A stretch of 64,000 nucleotides of DNA, from positions 67,668-131,667 of the forward strand of contig CAZIDL010000001.1 of the NCBI GenBank assembly GCA_964537825.1, read 5' to 3'. Within the stretch, counting starts at the first letter, position 1. Each line of letters starts with the position of its first letter. A program made the position numbers and the translations under genes. This document shows positions 38,479 to 48,800 of the stretch, in pieces. This stretch comes from an uncultured Weeksellaceae bacterium. Lineage in GTDB: Bacteria; Bacteroidota; Bacteroidia; Flavobacteriales_D; CAYVSK01. The notes below the pieces were generated by a model. The model did no database searches. It worked only from the letters and a program-made list of their open reading frames with translations, and was not told where the DNA came from.

Positions 38479-39510
38479 ATGCTTATGAGGATTTTTACGT
38501 CCATTCTACTGGCAATGTTCTTCTTGCCGCTGATCAGCAGCGCACAAAAACTCTATCCCGTTAAAGTTGACGATAAAAAGGGATACATCGATGCTTCGGG
38601 GAACATGGTCATCGAACCCCAGTTCGAAAGGGCATATAGCTTCCATCAGGGAAGGGCCCGCGTGGTCAAGGATGAAAAGGTCGGGTTCATCAACACCAAG
38701 GGAGAGACCGTCATTCCTTTCGAGTACGATCAGGGGAGGGATTTCACGAATGGTATTGCGGTGGTCCTGACTGAAAAGAAACTGCTCAAGGACAATATCT
38801 GGAGCTATTACGATGCTAGGGGGAAAAAGCTCTTCGATATCACCTGTGAATTCGCTTATTCCTTCTATGAGGGCATGGCCCGTTTTCAGAGGGATGGAAA
38901 GCTCGGATTCATCGACCGGAAAGGGGAGGTTGCTCTAGAAGCCCGTTTCAAGGGAGCTTATCGCTTTTCGAACGGTCTTGCAAGGGCGAAGAAGGACAAG
39001 AAATGGGGGTATATCGATCGCTCGGGTGAATTCGTCATCGAACCGCGTTATAAGGATAAAGGCTGTTTCGATTTTTTCGAAGGCCTGGCGAACGTTAAAG
39101 ATCCCGAGAGCGGCAAATGGGGGTTCATCGATGAGTCCGGAGAATACGCGATCGAAGCGCAGTTCGATCGGGCCTGGCCTTTTCACGAAGGCCGTGCCGT
39201 TATACGCGTAGGTGACAAGGACGACGGGAAGTTCGGGTATATCGATAAGAGTGGGAAAGTGGTGATCAACCCTGTTTTCTGGGGAGCCCGTCATTTCAGT
39301 GATGGACTTGCTTGTGTTGCGATGAAGCGAGGTAGGGATCCCAAATGGGGGTATGTCAATAAAGAAGGGGACCTCGTTATCGCTCGCCAATTCGCCCATC
39401 CCTCCCATTTTCATAAAGGGTTGGCCGAAGTCCGAATGGGCAGTGTTTCGGATGGGGTCTATGGGTATATCGATGAAAGGGGGGAATTCGTGTGGAAGCG
39501 TGAGCGATGA
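38479..39510 (+). CDS. Secreted WG-repeat (KWG) protein
   Basis: Start trimmed to ATG 38479 (MLMRIFTSILLAMFFLPLISSAQ signal peptide). It carries about 10 repeats of the form K(W)GYID.sGe.VIep.F..a..F..G.A.V. Confidence 0.8.
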   Translation: MLMRIFTSILLAMFFLPLISSAQKLYPVKVDDKKGYIDASGNMVIEPQFERAYSFHQGRARVVKDEKVGFINTKGETVIPFEYDQGRDFTNGIAVVLTEKKLLKDNIWSYYDARGKKLFDITCEFAYSFYEGMARFQRDGKLGFIDRKGEVALEARFKGAYRFSNGLARAKKDKKWGYIDRSGEFVIEPRYKDKGCFDFFEGLANVKDPESGKWGFIDESGEYAIEAQFDRAWPFHEGRAVIRVGDKDDGKFGYIDKSGKVVINPVFWGARHFSDGLACVAMKRGRDPKWGYVNKEGDLVIARQFAHPSHFHKGLAEVRMGSVSDGVYGYIDERGEFVWKRER

Positions 39511-39576
39511 TCGCTACTTTTCCGAACTTTTTTCATCCCTCCCTGTTCTTATAGGTATCTGGTGCATTCGTGGGGT

Positions 39577-39609
39577 TTTGAGATAAGTCCTCGAGGATCT
39601 TTATCTTTG
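39577..39609 (+). promoter_or_regulatory. Full Bacteroidota-type promoter (-33 TTTG, 21-nt spacer, -7 TATCTTTG) for ahcY
   Basis: TTTG at 39577-80 and TATCTTTG at 39602-09. The ATG is at 39646. The spacer contains the 10-bp palindrome TCCTCGAGGA (39588-97). Confidence 0.5.
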
Positions 39610-39645
39610 CACCGCTTTAGTTGAAATCAAAAACAGAGAAACGAA

Positions 39646-40959
39646 ATGGAAGATAGTAAAACGGTCGATCACAAGGTCAAGGATATAAGCCTTGCTCCGG
39701 CCGGTCGGCGGATGATCGAACTCGCCGAAGCCGAAATGCCAGGGCTCATGGCCCTTCGAGAGGAATATGGTGACCAGCAACCGCTCAAAGGAGCTCGCAT
39801 TGCTGGTTGTCTTCATATGACCGTTCAAACCGCTGTTCTCATCGAGACCCTCGTGGAACTCGGTGCTGAGGTCCGCTGGTCCTCCTGTAACATTTTCTCC
39901 ACACAGGATGAAGCCGCTGCTGCTGTTGCGGAGGCAGGCGTTCCGGTCTTCGCCTGGAAAGGAATGAACGAAGAAGAGTTCTGGTGGTGCATCGAGCAGA
40001 CCCTCTTTTTCGACGAGGACAAGAAGCGACCGCTCAACCTGATCCTGGATGATGGTGGGGATCTGACCGGCTTGGTCTTCAATTCCTACCCCGAGCTCTG
40101 CGAAGGGATCAACGGTCTCAGCGAAGAGACCACCACCGGTGTTCACCGGCTCTATGATCTTGAAAAGAAAGGGGAACTTCTCCTTCCTTCCATCAACGTC
40201 AACGACTCGGTCACCAAGTCCAAGTTCGACAACAAATACGGTTGCCGAGAGTCTCTTGTTGACGGTATTCGCCGGGCCACAGACCTTATGATGGCCGGTA
40301 AGGTCGCTATCGTCGCCGGATTCGGTGATGTCGGAAAAGGTTCAGCAGAATCCCTACGCGGCGCTGGCGCTCGTGTCATCGTGACCGAGATCGATCCGAT
40401 CTGTGCCCTTCAAGCCTCTATGGAAGGTTTCGAGGTCCGGAAGCTCGACAACGTCGTCGAAGAAGCTGACATCTTCGTGACCGCTACCGGTAACAAAGAC
40501 ATCGTTACCGATCGTCACTTCAAGCGTATGAAGGACAAAGCCATCGTCTGTAACATCGGTCACTTCGATAACGAGATCGACATGGCTTGGCTCGAAGAGA
40601 ACTACGGGGACACCAACGTCGAGATCAAACCGCAGGTCGACAAGTACACGATCGATGGCAAGGACGTGATCGTTCTTTCCAAAGGTCGCCTCGTCAACCT
40701 CGGGAACGCTACGGGTCACCCCTCTTTCGTGATGTCGAACTCCTTCACGAATCAGACCCTTGCTCAGATCGAACTCTGGAACCGTCCGGAGAATTACGAG
40801 AAGAAGGTCTATGTCCTTCCCAAGCACCTCGACGAGAAGGTAGCAAGCCTCCATCTCCAGAAGATCGGGGTCGAATTGGAAGAAATGACCGACGAGCAGT
40901 CCGAATACATCGGGATCGATAAGAAAGGCCCGTTCAAACCTGAGCACTATCGTTACTGA
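39646..40959 (+). CDS. ahcY: Adenosylhomocysteinase
   Basis: 437 aa with [32 protein letters not shown] motif [20 protein letters not shown] and the C-terminus PFKPEHYRY. Confidence 0.97.
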   Translation: MEDSKTVDHKVKDISLAPAGRRMIELAEAEMPGLMALREEYGDQQPLKGARIAGCLHMTVQTAVLIETLVELGAEVRWSSCNIFSTQDEAAAAVAEAGVPVFAWKGMNEEEFWWCIEQTLFFDEDKKRPLNLILDDGGDLTGLVFNSYPELCEGINGLSEETTTGVHRLYDLEKKGELLLPSINVNDSVTKSKFDNKYGCRESLVDGIRRATDLMMAGKVAIVAGFGDVGKGSAESLRGAGARVIVTEIDPICALQASMEGFEVRKLDNVVEEADIFVTATGNKDIVTDRHFKRMKDKAIVCNIGHFDNEIDMAWLEENYGDTNVEIKPQVDKYTIDGKDVIVLSKGRLVNLGNATGHPSFVMSNSFTNQTLAQIELWNRPENYEKKVYVLPKHLDEKVASLHLQKIGVELEEMTDEQSEYIGIDKKGPFKPEHYRY

Positions 40960-40982
40960 TCCTTTAGGGATCCCTGACGATC

Positions 40983-41018
40983 AAAAAAGGCCGCTTCAAA
41001 CGAAGCGGCCTTTTTTTT
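40983..41018. terminator. Bidirectional Rho-independent terminator between convergent ahcY and the Rieske-like gene
   Basis: A6 tract, then 9-bp stem GGCCGCTTC (40989-97) / GAAGCGGCC (41002-10) with a 4-nt loop, then a T8 tract (41011-18). Confidence 0.85.
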
Positions 41019-41029
41019 ATGCCCCTCCT

Positions 41030-41488
41030 TTAATTGTAGATATGGAGCACATTCCCATCGAAGCTAGTGCCGTAACGCTTCAATGGCTGAGAGGCCGGTC
41101 CTTTTAGAACGCTTCCATCAGCGATCGAATATTCGGAACCGCTGCAGGCCCGGCAATGGATCTTGATGTTGGAAGAGTCCACCGCCGCTCTTCCGCAATC
41201 TTTGGATGGCCGGTAAGTGCAGTGACGATCGTAGGCGAGAAAAGTGTCGTTGGAACGGCGATAGACGATCAGTCCCTTGGACCCTCCCGTAAGATATTCC
41301 CAACCCCCGATGGCTTGGAGATCAGCATATCGGGGTTGATTGATGTTGATGTAAACATCGAGGGGAACGTCCGGTATCGCCCCTTTTTCTTTTTTGTCGC
41401 ATTGAAGAGTGGATAGGGCGAGCAAAAAAAGAAAGAGGAAGCTTTTGAAAAAGTTGCTGGATCGGGATGATCGGACGGTCCGTTCCAT
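41030..41488 (-). CDS. Rieske-fold-like lipoprotein with non-canonical ligand residues
   Basis: Start trimmed to ATG 41488, giving MERTVRSS...FLFLFLLALSTLQC (lipobox). The body resembles small bacteroidetal Rieske-domain proteins, but the two ligand boxes read RHCTY and CRACSGSEY instead of C-x-H and C-x-x-H. The upstream 148 codons of the ORF-track entry are low-complexity antisense of the K/E-rich ORF. Confidence 0.55.
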   Translation of the reverse strand: MERTVRSSRSSNFFKSFLFLFLLALSTLQCDKKEKGAIPDVPLDVYININQPRYADLQAIGGWEYLTGGSKGLIVYRRSNDTFLAYDRHCTYRPSKDCGRAAVDSSNIKIHCRACSGSEYSIADGSVLKGPASQPLKRYGTSFDGNVLHIYN

Positions 41489-41509
41489 ATATATTACCTT
41501 GTATGATCC

Positions 41510-41857
41510 ATGGCTCCTACAGCAAAGATACGAGCAAAAGCCAGGGTGCTGTTCCTGCTGCTCTTTGGGCTGTTCCTTCTCCAGCCCTCCATCGCCTTTT
41601 CCCAGGATGATAAGGAAAAGGATGGGCGTACGCGTAAAGAGCAAATGGAAAAGCAGGAGAAGAAGAAGGAAGAGGCCAAAAAAGCTCGGGAAAAGGCAAA
41701 GGAGAAGCACATGGAGATGCAGTCGAAGCGCACGAAAAAGGACCTGAAAAAATTGAACCGACGTTCGAACCGCTGGAACCGAGGGAGAAGGAAGTTCTTT
41801 CTGGTACGCTGGTACGAACGTATCCGCTATGAGCTTCGAAAGAACGGAGGACCTTAG
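41510..41857 (+). CDS. Small secreted Lys/Glu/Arg-rich hypothetical protein
   Basis: 115 aa with a plausible signal peptide (VLFLLLFGLFLLQPSIAFSQ) followed by a highly charged region (KEKDGRTRKEQMEKQEKKKEEAKKAREKAKEK...). Alternative frames and the other strand give junk-like translations. No homology is recognised. Confidence 0.45.
   Translation: MAPTAKIRAKARVLFLLLFGLFLLQPSIAFSQDDKEKDGRTRKEQMEKQEKKKEEAKKAREKAKEKHMEMQSKRTKKDLKKLNRRSNRWNRGRRKFFLVRWYERIRYELRKNGGP
41523..41530 (-). promoter_or_regulatory. -7 promoter box (TATCTTTG on minus strand) for the Rieske-like gene
   Basis: Exact TAnnTTTG, 34 nt upstream of the ATG at 41488. It lies inside the first codons of the divergent K/E-rich ORF. 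Confidence 0.35.
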
Positions 41858-42128
41858 GGGTTTAGCATCTCCGAGCGTGATGGATCGCTCGAAGTGGGCC
41901 GCATCTTTCAAGAGTCGTTCTAAAACCTCCATCTGTGCATTTTCAGTAAGAGACTCTAACCCAGCTCGAAAAGTTTTCGTAAGAACAGGCTGCCTCTATC
42001 AGAGCAAAGGTTTGAGCAGGGTTTATCCCTTTGGAGGCGGATCAAAAAGTTCTATATTTACGATCTCTTCTGTTAAAGCTCGTTAACTGAACGCTTTCTT
42101 CGCGTGATCGAGAACGAAACCTATTCTT

Positions 42129-45100
42129 ATGCCACGTAGGATCAGCACCCTGCTCGCATTCCTTTTTTTTCTTGCCGGTACCGCCGTTAAAGGACAGGTC
42201 ACTTCCGGAGAGATCCAAGGGAAAGTGATCAATAAAAAGACCGGCAAGCCCGTTCCTTATGCCAACGTTGTGGCTATTCAGGATGGCAGTCAGGTGGGAG
42301 GTAATACGACCAACGAGAAGGGGAAGTATTCCATCAAGCCTTTGGATGCAGGGACTTATACCGTTGTGGCATCCTTTACGGGGTTTAAGAAGAAGACCGT
42401 GACGGGCGTTAAGGTTAACTCCGGCGATATAGCTTTTGTGGACATCAAAATGGCTCCGTCGGGATACCAGACCGAAACCGTGGAAAAGGTGGCCTACAAA
42501 GAACCCTTGATCCAAAAGACGACCGGTGCGGACGATGTTACGGACGCTGAGGAGATCAAAAAACTTCCTTCCCGCGGGGTTCAAGGGATCGCTACTACGG
42601 TAGGCGGCGTTTATCAGTCTCCGGGCGGAGGGCAGCTGAACGTTCGGGGTTCCCGCGGCAACGCCACGGACTACTACATCGACGGTGTCAAGGTCAGAGG
42701 GTCTACTAATCTGCCTCAATCCGCTATACAGGAAGTATCCGTTACTACCGGTGGCATCCCTGCTCAGTACGGCGATGCCACCGGCGGTATTATCAGCATT
42801 ACCACCCGGGGGCCCCGACCGGAATATAACGGTTCCATCGAAGCCGTTTCATCGGGTTTCAAATCCGGGGATAACGTCTATGGGCTTGACAGCTACGGGT
42901 ACAACCTCGTCGAGGGGAATATTTCCGGTCCGATCTGGCGACGGCCTGATACCGCTGAAAATTCACAGCCGATCATGGGATTCATGCTTTCAGCCAATTA
43001 CACACATCAATTGGATCCTCGGCCGACGGCAGCCCCGAATTGGGTGGTCAAGGACGATGTGCGGGATTCCTTGATCGAGAATCCGCTTCGGCGAGGAGGT
43101 CCTCAGCAAGGGGCTTTCCAGAACGCTGAATTCCTTACGAAGGATGATTTCAGAAAGCAAGCCTGGAGGCCCAATGCTTCTTCTGATGAACTCAGCCTTA
43201 GCGGTAAGATCGATGTGAACCTTGCCAAAAGGACGAACCTGACCTTCGGGGGGAACTTCAATTATAACAAAAGGCGGGGCACTCCCTACAACTATTCCGT
43301 TTTTAATTCCGCCAACAATCCTCTCTTCACCGACCTCGATTGGAGGGCTTTTGCGAAGTTCAGTCAACGGCTGAAGACCGAAGGGGATGAGAAGGAAGGC
43401 GATGCATCGACCCTTTCCAACGTTTATTACCAACTCCAGGTGGATTATTCCAAAGAGACCGCCCGGCGGGAAGATGCTAAACACGGGGATAACCTCTTCA
43501 ACTATGGATATATCGGGAAGTTCAAGGTGCACAAAACCCGTAGTTATGATATCCGAGAAGGGGGGTACCGCGTCCACGATGGGTTCAGGGATACCCTCGT
43601 GACCTTCGAGCCGAGCGATAAGAACGAGGCGATGGCGGCCACTACTCAACAGTATTTCCAGCTCTACGATAACCCCGACGGACGCTACGAGAACTTCAAC
43701 CAGATCCGTCAGGGGAACGGCCTTCTCAATGGGGATCAGCCCGGCCAGGTTTACGATATCTGGACCAATGTGGGAACCCGCTACAACAATTTCGTTCGTC
43801 AGAACAACAGCCAATTGCGCTTCACCGGACGTGGGTCAGCTGACCTTGGGGATCATGCCCTCCAGATCGGTTTTGAATACGAGCAACGTGTCGACCGGTC
43901 CTTCGGAATAAGTCCTGTGGGACTATGGGATCGGATGCGCCAGCTTGCCAACTTCCACCTGGAAGAGCTCGACAGGGATGATTCGATCGTATCCCAGGCC
44001 GGACAGTTCACTCAGATCGATTATCGCCGGAACGTTGGGGACGATCAAGCCTATTTTGATGAGCAACTTCGGGAATCCTTGGGTTACGATGTCCGGGGAA
44101 GGGATTACATCCAGGTGGATTCCATCGATCCCGGCCATTACTCCCTCGATATGTTCAGCGCCGATGAGCTTTTGAACAACGGGGACAACCTTGTTAGCTA
44201 TTACGGGTACGATCATACAGGGGATAAGCTCGAAGAGAATCCTACGCTCGAGGATTTTTTCAGAGCCACTGAGGATGGTACCGGTGAGAATGGGGACGGT
44301 GGTGTAAAAAGCCGTCCGATCGGAGCTTATCGCCCGATCTATATGGCCGGTTACATCATGGATGAGTTCACCCTGGACGATATCGTATTCAATGTTGGGC
44401 TCCGGGTGAGCCGTTTCGATGCGAATCAAAAGGTCCTGAAGGACAAATACTTGACCAAGCAAGCCTATACCGCTGGAGAGAAGCCAGATTTTGGAGGTGG
44501 CCACCCTTCGACGATCAGTGATGACGCTGTTATCTATGTGGACGATGCTGCAGATCCATCCACCGTCAAAGGTTACCGCTCGGGGGACGATTGGTTCAAT
44601 GCGAACGGGGAGCCGGTCAACGACCCGCAGGTGATCACAGGTCCCACCGGTATTCAACCTTACTTGGTGAATCCTGAAAAGGAGGTTGACGGAAGAAAGA
44701 TCAGTATCGATGCCTTCAAGGATTACGAGCCCCAGGTCAATCTTCTACCCCGGATCGCATTCTCGTTCAACGTTCGGGATGATGCGAGTTTCTTCGCGCA
44801 CTACGATGTGCTCGCAAAACGGCCCCGTGCTGATGTTGCACGCTTGGACCCCATCGATTATTTCTACATCGAGAATCGCGACGCCAACCTGAACAACCCA
44901 AAACTTCAACCGGAGAAGACCATCGATTACGAGGTCGGGTTCCAACAGACGCTTTCCAACCGGTCAGCCCTTAAGATCTCGGCTTTCTACCGAGAAATGC
45001 GGAACATGGTTCAGATCACGAGGGTGGTCGGCGCCTATCCCCAATCCTATAAGACCTATGGCAATCTGGACTTCGGGACCGTCAAGGGGATGACCCTTAA

Positions 45101-45812
45101 ATACGACCTGCGGAAAGCCACCCGCTCGGACAACATTCGTCTGAAGGCTTATTATACGCTGCAGTTCGCCAATGGAACGGGATCCGATTTCGAGACCCAA
45201 CAGAATCTGATCAATTCCGATCAGCCGAACCTGCGAACGGTAACACCGCTGAACTTTGATCAGCGGCATCAATTCCAGATCACAGGGGATCTTCGGTTCC
45301 CGGCTAAGGATTACAACGGCCCTACGATCAATGGGGTTAAGATCCTTAAGAACACGGGGCTCAACATTCAGTCCAATTTCGGTTCCGGAACCCCTTATAG
45401 TGCGCTGAACTTCTCCCTTCCCGCTCAATCCACGTCCAGTCCAGGGACGCGCGCGATCGACGGGGGTATCAACGGATCCCGCAAACCTTGGCAGTTCCGC
45501 GTGGATGCGCAGATCGACCGGGATATTCGGCTTAACTTCGGTAATGAGGATGGTGAGAAAAAGAAGACCGCCAATCTCAACATCTATTTGCGCATCAACA
45601 ACCTCTTTAACAATCTGAACGTGACCAATGTGTACGGGTATACCGGCAACCCGGACAACGATGGTTACCTCTCCGCAGCACGTTGGCAACGTCGGATCGA
45701 AGAACAGCGGTCCGAGGAATCTTACCGGGACATGTACAAAATGAAGATGAACGACCCGTACAATTACGGAACCCCCCGAACGATACGGCTCGGTGCTCGT
45801 TTGGACTTCTAA
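42129..45812 (+). CDS. Oversized TonB-dependent-receptor-like outer-membrane protein (CarboxypepD_reg-like N-domain + plug + large beta-barrel)
   Basis: 1227 aa with a signal peptide and a carboxypeptidase-regulatory-like domain (GKVINKKTGKPVPYANVVAIQDG...YSIKPLDAGTYTVVASFTGFKKK). The plug reads LPSRGVQGIATTVGGVYQ...LNVRGSRGNATDYYIDGVKV...AQYGDATGGIISITT. The C-terminus ends ...RLGARLDF (terminal Phe). No SusD-like gene follows. Confidence 0.8.
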   Translation: MPRRISTLLAFLFFLAGTAVKGQVTSGEIQGKVINKKTGKPVPYANVVAIQDGSQVGGNTTNEKGKYSIKPLDAGTYTVVASFTGFKKKTVTGVKVNSGDIAFVDIKMAPSGYQTETVEKVAYKEPLIQKTTGADDVTDAEEIKKLPSRGVQGIATTVGGVYQSPGGGQLNVRGSRGNATDYYIDGVKVRGSTNLPQSAIQEVSVTTGGIPAQYGDATGGIISITTRGPRPEYNGSIEAVSSGFKSGDNVYGLDSYGYNLVEGNISGPIWRRPDTAENSQPIMGFMLSANYTHQLDPRPTAAPNWVVKDDVRDSLIENPLRRGGPQQGAFQNAEFLTKDDFRKQAWRPNASSDELSLSGKIDVNLAKRTNLTFGGNFNYNKRRGTPYNYSVFNSANNPLFTDLDWRAFAKFSQRLKTEGDEKEGDASTLSNVYYQLQVDYSKETARREDAKHGDNLFNYGYIGKFKVHKTRSYDIREGGYRVHDGFRDTLVTFEPSDKNEAMAATTQQYFQLYDNPDGRYENFNQIRQGNGLLNGDQPGQVYDIWTNVGTRYNNFVRQNNSQLRFTGRGSADLGDHALQIGFEYEQRVDRSFGISPVGLWDRMRQLANFHLEELDRDDSIVSQAGQFTQIDYRRNVGDDQAYFDEQLRESLGYDVRGRDYIQVDSIDPGHYSLDMFSADELLNNGDNLVSYYGYDHTGDKLEENPTLEDFFRATEDGTGENGDGGVKSRPIGAYRPIYMAGYIMDEFTLDDIVFNVGLRVSRFDANQKVLKDKYLTKQAYTAGEKPDFGGGHPSTISDDAVIYVDDAADPSTVKGYRSGDDWFNANGEPVNDPQVITGPTGIQPYLVNPEKEVDGRKISIDAFKDYEPQVNLLPRIAFSFNVRDDASFFAHYDVLAKRPRADVARLDPIDYFYIENRDANLNNPKLQPEKTIDYEVGFQQTLSNRSALKISAFYREMRNMVQITRVVGAYPQSYKTYGNLDFGTVKGMTLKYDLRKATRSDNIRLKAYYTLQFANGTGSDFETQQNLINSDQPNLRTVTPLNFDQRHQFQITGDLRFPAKDYNGPTINGVKILKNTGLNIQSNFGSGTPYSALNFSLPAQSTSSPGTRAIDGGINGSRKPWQFRVDAQIDRDIRLNFGNEDGEKKKTANLNIYLRINNLFNNLNVTNVYGYTGNPDNDGYLSAARWQRRIEEQRSEESYRDMYKMKMNDPYNYGTPRTIRLGARLDF

Positions 45813-45837
45813 GCTCTTGAACGAAAACTCGTTAGAT

Positions 45838-48800
45838 ATGTCTTCCCCACGAACCAGATCCAGTGCTCTCCTGCTGATCGCGCTTTTTATCACGGCCTTC
45901 GCGGGGGCTCGTGAGCCTGATGATATGAAGAGTAGCAGCTCTTCTCAGCAAGGAAAGAGCAATAAGTCCCTGGCTGCTCAATGTGCTGGCCCTACAGAAG
46001 CTACGGAGTTGGCATTTAATAACGTGCGGACTTTGATCCAAACGAGCGGGGATATGTGGTGGGACTATATTCAGCCCCGGTATGAGGTTCCCAAAGGCTC
46101 CGGAAAAAATGCATTGTTCGCCGGTGCCCTGTGGCTCGGAGGGGAGGATGTTAACCAACAATTGAAATTGGCTGCCCATACGTTCGGACCTTCCCGAGGG
46201 AATTTCGATTTCTGGACCGGCCCTCTTACGACCGACGGTGCTGCTACCATTACGCCTCCCGTTTGCCAGAAGTACGACAAGCATTGGGTGATAACCCGTA
46301 AACAAGTGCAGAAACACGTGGCATGGGCACAGAATCCCAGTGATTTCCCCAATTATACCATTCCTCCCGCCATCCAGAATTGGCCTGCCCACGGGGATGT
46401 GAGCAAAGGACAGTCTTATTACCTGGCGCCTTTCTACGACTTCCAGAGCGGGGAGCCAGGGAAGACCTCCAATGCTACTTATGAGCCGGAGAACGGGGAT
46501 TATCCGCATTACGATCTTAAGCGCGAGATCGATTGCCGGAAAAACCGATTGGTGACCCTGTTCGGGGATAAGACCTTCTGGTGGGTCTTTAACGACAAGG
46601 GAAACGTTCATACGGAGACGCAAGGGGATCCGATCGGTATGGAGATCCGGGCTCAAGCCTTTGCATTCGCTACCAACGACGCGGTGAACGACATGACCTT
46701 TTACAACTATCAGTTGATCAATCGGGGTTCGCAGACCCTGACCCAAACCCACTTTGCTCAATGGGTGGATGCGGACCTCGGTTGTGCCAATGATGATTAC
46801 GTGGGGTGTGACGTTAGCCGAGGACTTGGATTCGCCTATAATGGGGATAACTTCGATGAAGATTGCGCGGGCGCTAGTGGTTATGGTGATGGCCCTCCTG
46901 CTATCGGTGTGGACTTTTTCGAAGGTCCCTATCAGGACAGTACCGGTACGGCCAATGCGACGGGCATAGGACCTGATCAGGCTGTTGCTGGAAATGGTGT
47001 TGGGTATGGGGATTCGATCGTGGACAACGAACGCTTTGGAATGCGTCACTTCTTCTATTACAACAGAGGAAGTGGTCCCCGCGGTGACCCACAGATCGCC
47101 ACCGAGTATTTCAATTATATGCGCGGGTTTTGGAGGGATGGCACCCGCCTTACATACGGTGGGAATGGGTATGACCCGTCGGGGACCGATCCCCCTGCTG
47201 ACTTCATGTTCCCGGGTTCCTCCGACCCCCTTGGATGGGGAACACCTACCACGAGCGGTGCTATGCCCACATGGACGGAAAAGACCGCTGGCAATCAGGC
47301 AGGGGACAGGCGCTTCATCCAATCGGCCGGACCTTTCACCCTTAAGCCCGGTGATGTGAACGATATCACGGTCGGGGTGGTCTATGCGAAGGCCGCTTCA
47401 GGTGATGCTTTTGCATCGGTTAATGCTGTTAAAACAGCTGACAGCAAGGCCCAATCCCTTTTCGACAATTGCTTTGAAGTGCTCAACGGGCCAGATGCAC
47501 CAATATTGGAGATCCAGGAGCTCGATCAGGAACTGGTCCTTACCCTTTCCAATCCGGAGATCTCCAACAACTACAAGGAGAACTACGAGCAGGTGGATCC
47601 CTTCATACCGGATTCCGTGACCGAATCCTTCCAGGACTGTGTCGATGTTTCTGGAAATACCGATTCAGCGGTCGTTTTCGATTCCCTCGTTGCTGCTGAT
47701 AAGACCTACGATTTTCAAGGATACCGGATCTATCAGGTCCGGAATGCGAACGTTGGGCCTTCCGATCTTGATGATCCGGATCAGGCACGCCTTGTTGCCC
47801 AGGTCGATAAAAAAGATGGTGTGACCTCCCTTATCAATTACAACCTGGATGACCAATTGGGTGCTCCCGTGCCGGTCAAAAAGGCGGATAGCGTGAATCA
47901 GGGCATATCCCACTCCTTCAGTGTCACAGAGGACCAATTCGCCCAAGGGGAGTCCCAATTGATCAATCACCAGGAGTATTACTTCATGGCGATCGCCTAT
48001 TCCCACAACAATTTCAAAGACTACGATCCCAACGATCCGGAGGCATTGGACGGTCAGAAACAACCCTACCTGGCCAGTCGACGTTCCGGCGATAAGTCCT
48101 CTATTCAAGCTGTTGGAGGAACTCCTCATATCGTTTCCCCTGAAAGCGGGGGTACGGTGCAGAACGCTGATTTCGGTGAGGGCGTTCCTGTGACCCGTAT
48201 CGAAGGAAGAGGGAACGGAGGTCACGTTGTCGATCTTACCGAAGAAGCGGAGGAAAAAGTCCTGGAGGAGAACGAGGTCGAGGACCTTACCTATCAAGCC
48301 GGTGCAACCCCGATCGAAGTGAAAGTGATCGACCCGCTTAACGTTCCGGATGCCGAATTCGAGCTTCGCTTCCGAACCGATTCCGGTGCGAAGAACGTGG
48401 ATGAGGCTGAATGGACCCTCGAGAATCTGAAGACCGGTAAAGTGATCTCTTCTACGAAAGCGATCGATACCCGGTACGAGCAGGTCATACCACAATGGGG
48501 GATCTCGATAACCATCGAACAGTATGATGACTATGGTCCTAACTGTCAGGATAAAGAATCCGGTTACGCGCCGCCATTGGAAGCGAACATCGAATACGAG
48601 AATTCACAGGATCAGTGGCTTTCTGGTATTCAGGATGGAGAAGGGAATAGCGGTAGAAATTGGATCCTCTCCGGTAACCAAACGGATGCTTTCAGGGGTT
48701 GCCGGAACGACATTCAAGGTCCGGACTATACCATGGACCCACCCCAAGCTTATGAGACCCTGCTGCAAGGAACCTGGGCTCCATATGCCCTCGTTTCGAA

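Noticed and set aside
39511-39645. SAH riboswitch upstream of ahcY
   Set aside because: The predicted leader is only ~36 nt and AT-rich. There is no GC-rich pseudoknot-forming core.
41858-42128. Cobalamin or other riboswitch upstream of the TonB-dependent-receptor-like gene
   Set aside because: No B12-box-like conserved core or other riboswitch signature that I can recognise. The sequence is not notably structured apart from one 6-bp hairpin.
42129-45812. Classical polysaccharide-utilisation locus (SusC/SusD pair)
   Set aside because: The gene following the receptor is not SusD-like: it is 1344 aa, has no lipobox and has no TPR-like SusD pattern. No glycoside hydrolases or regulators flank the locus.
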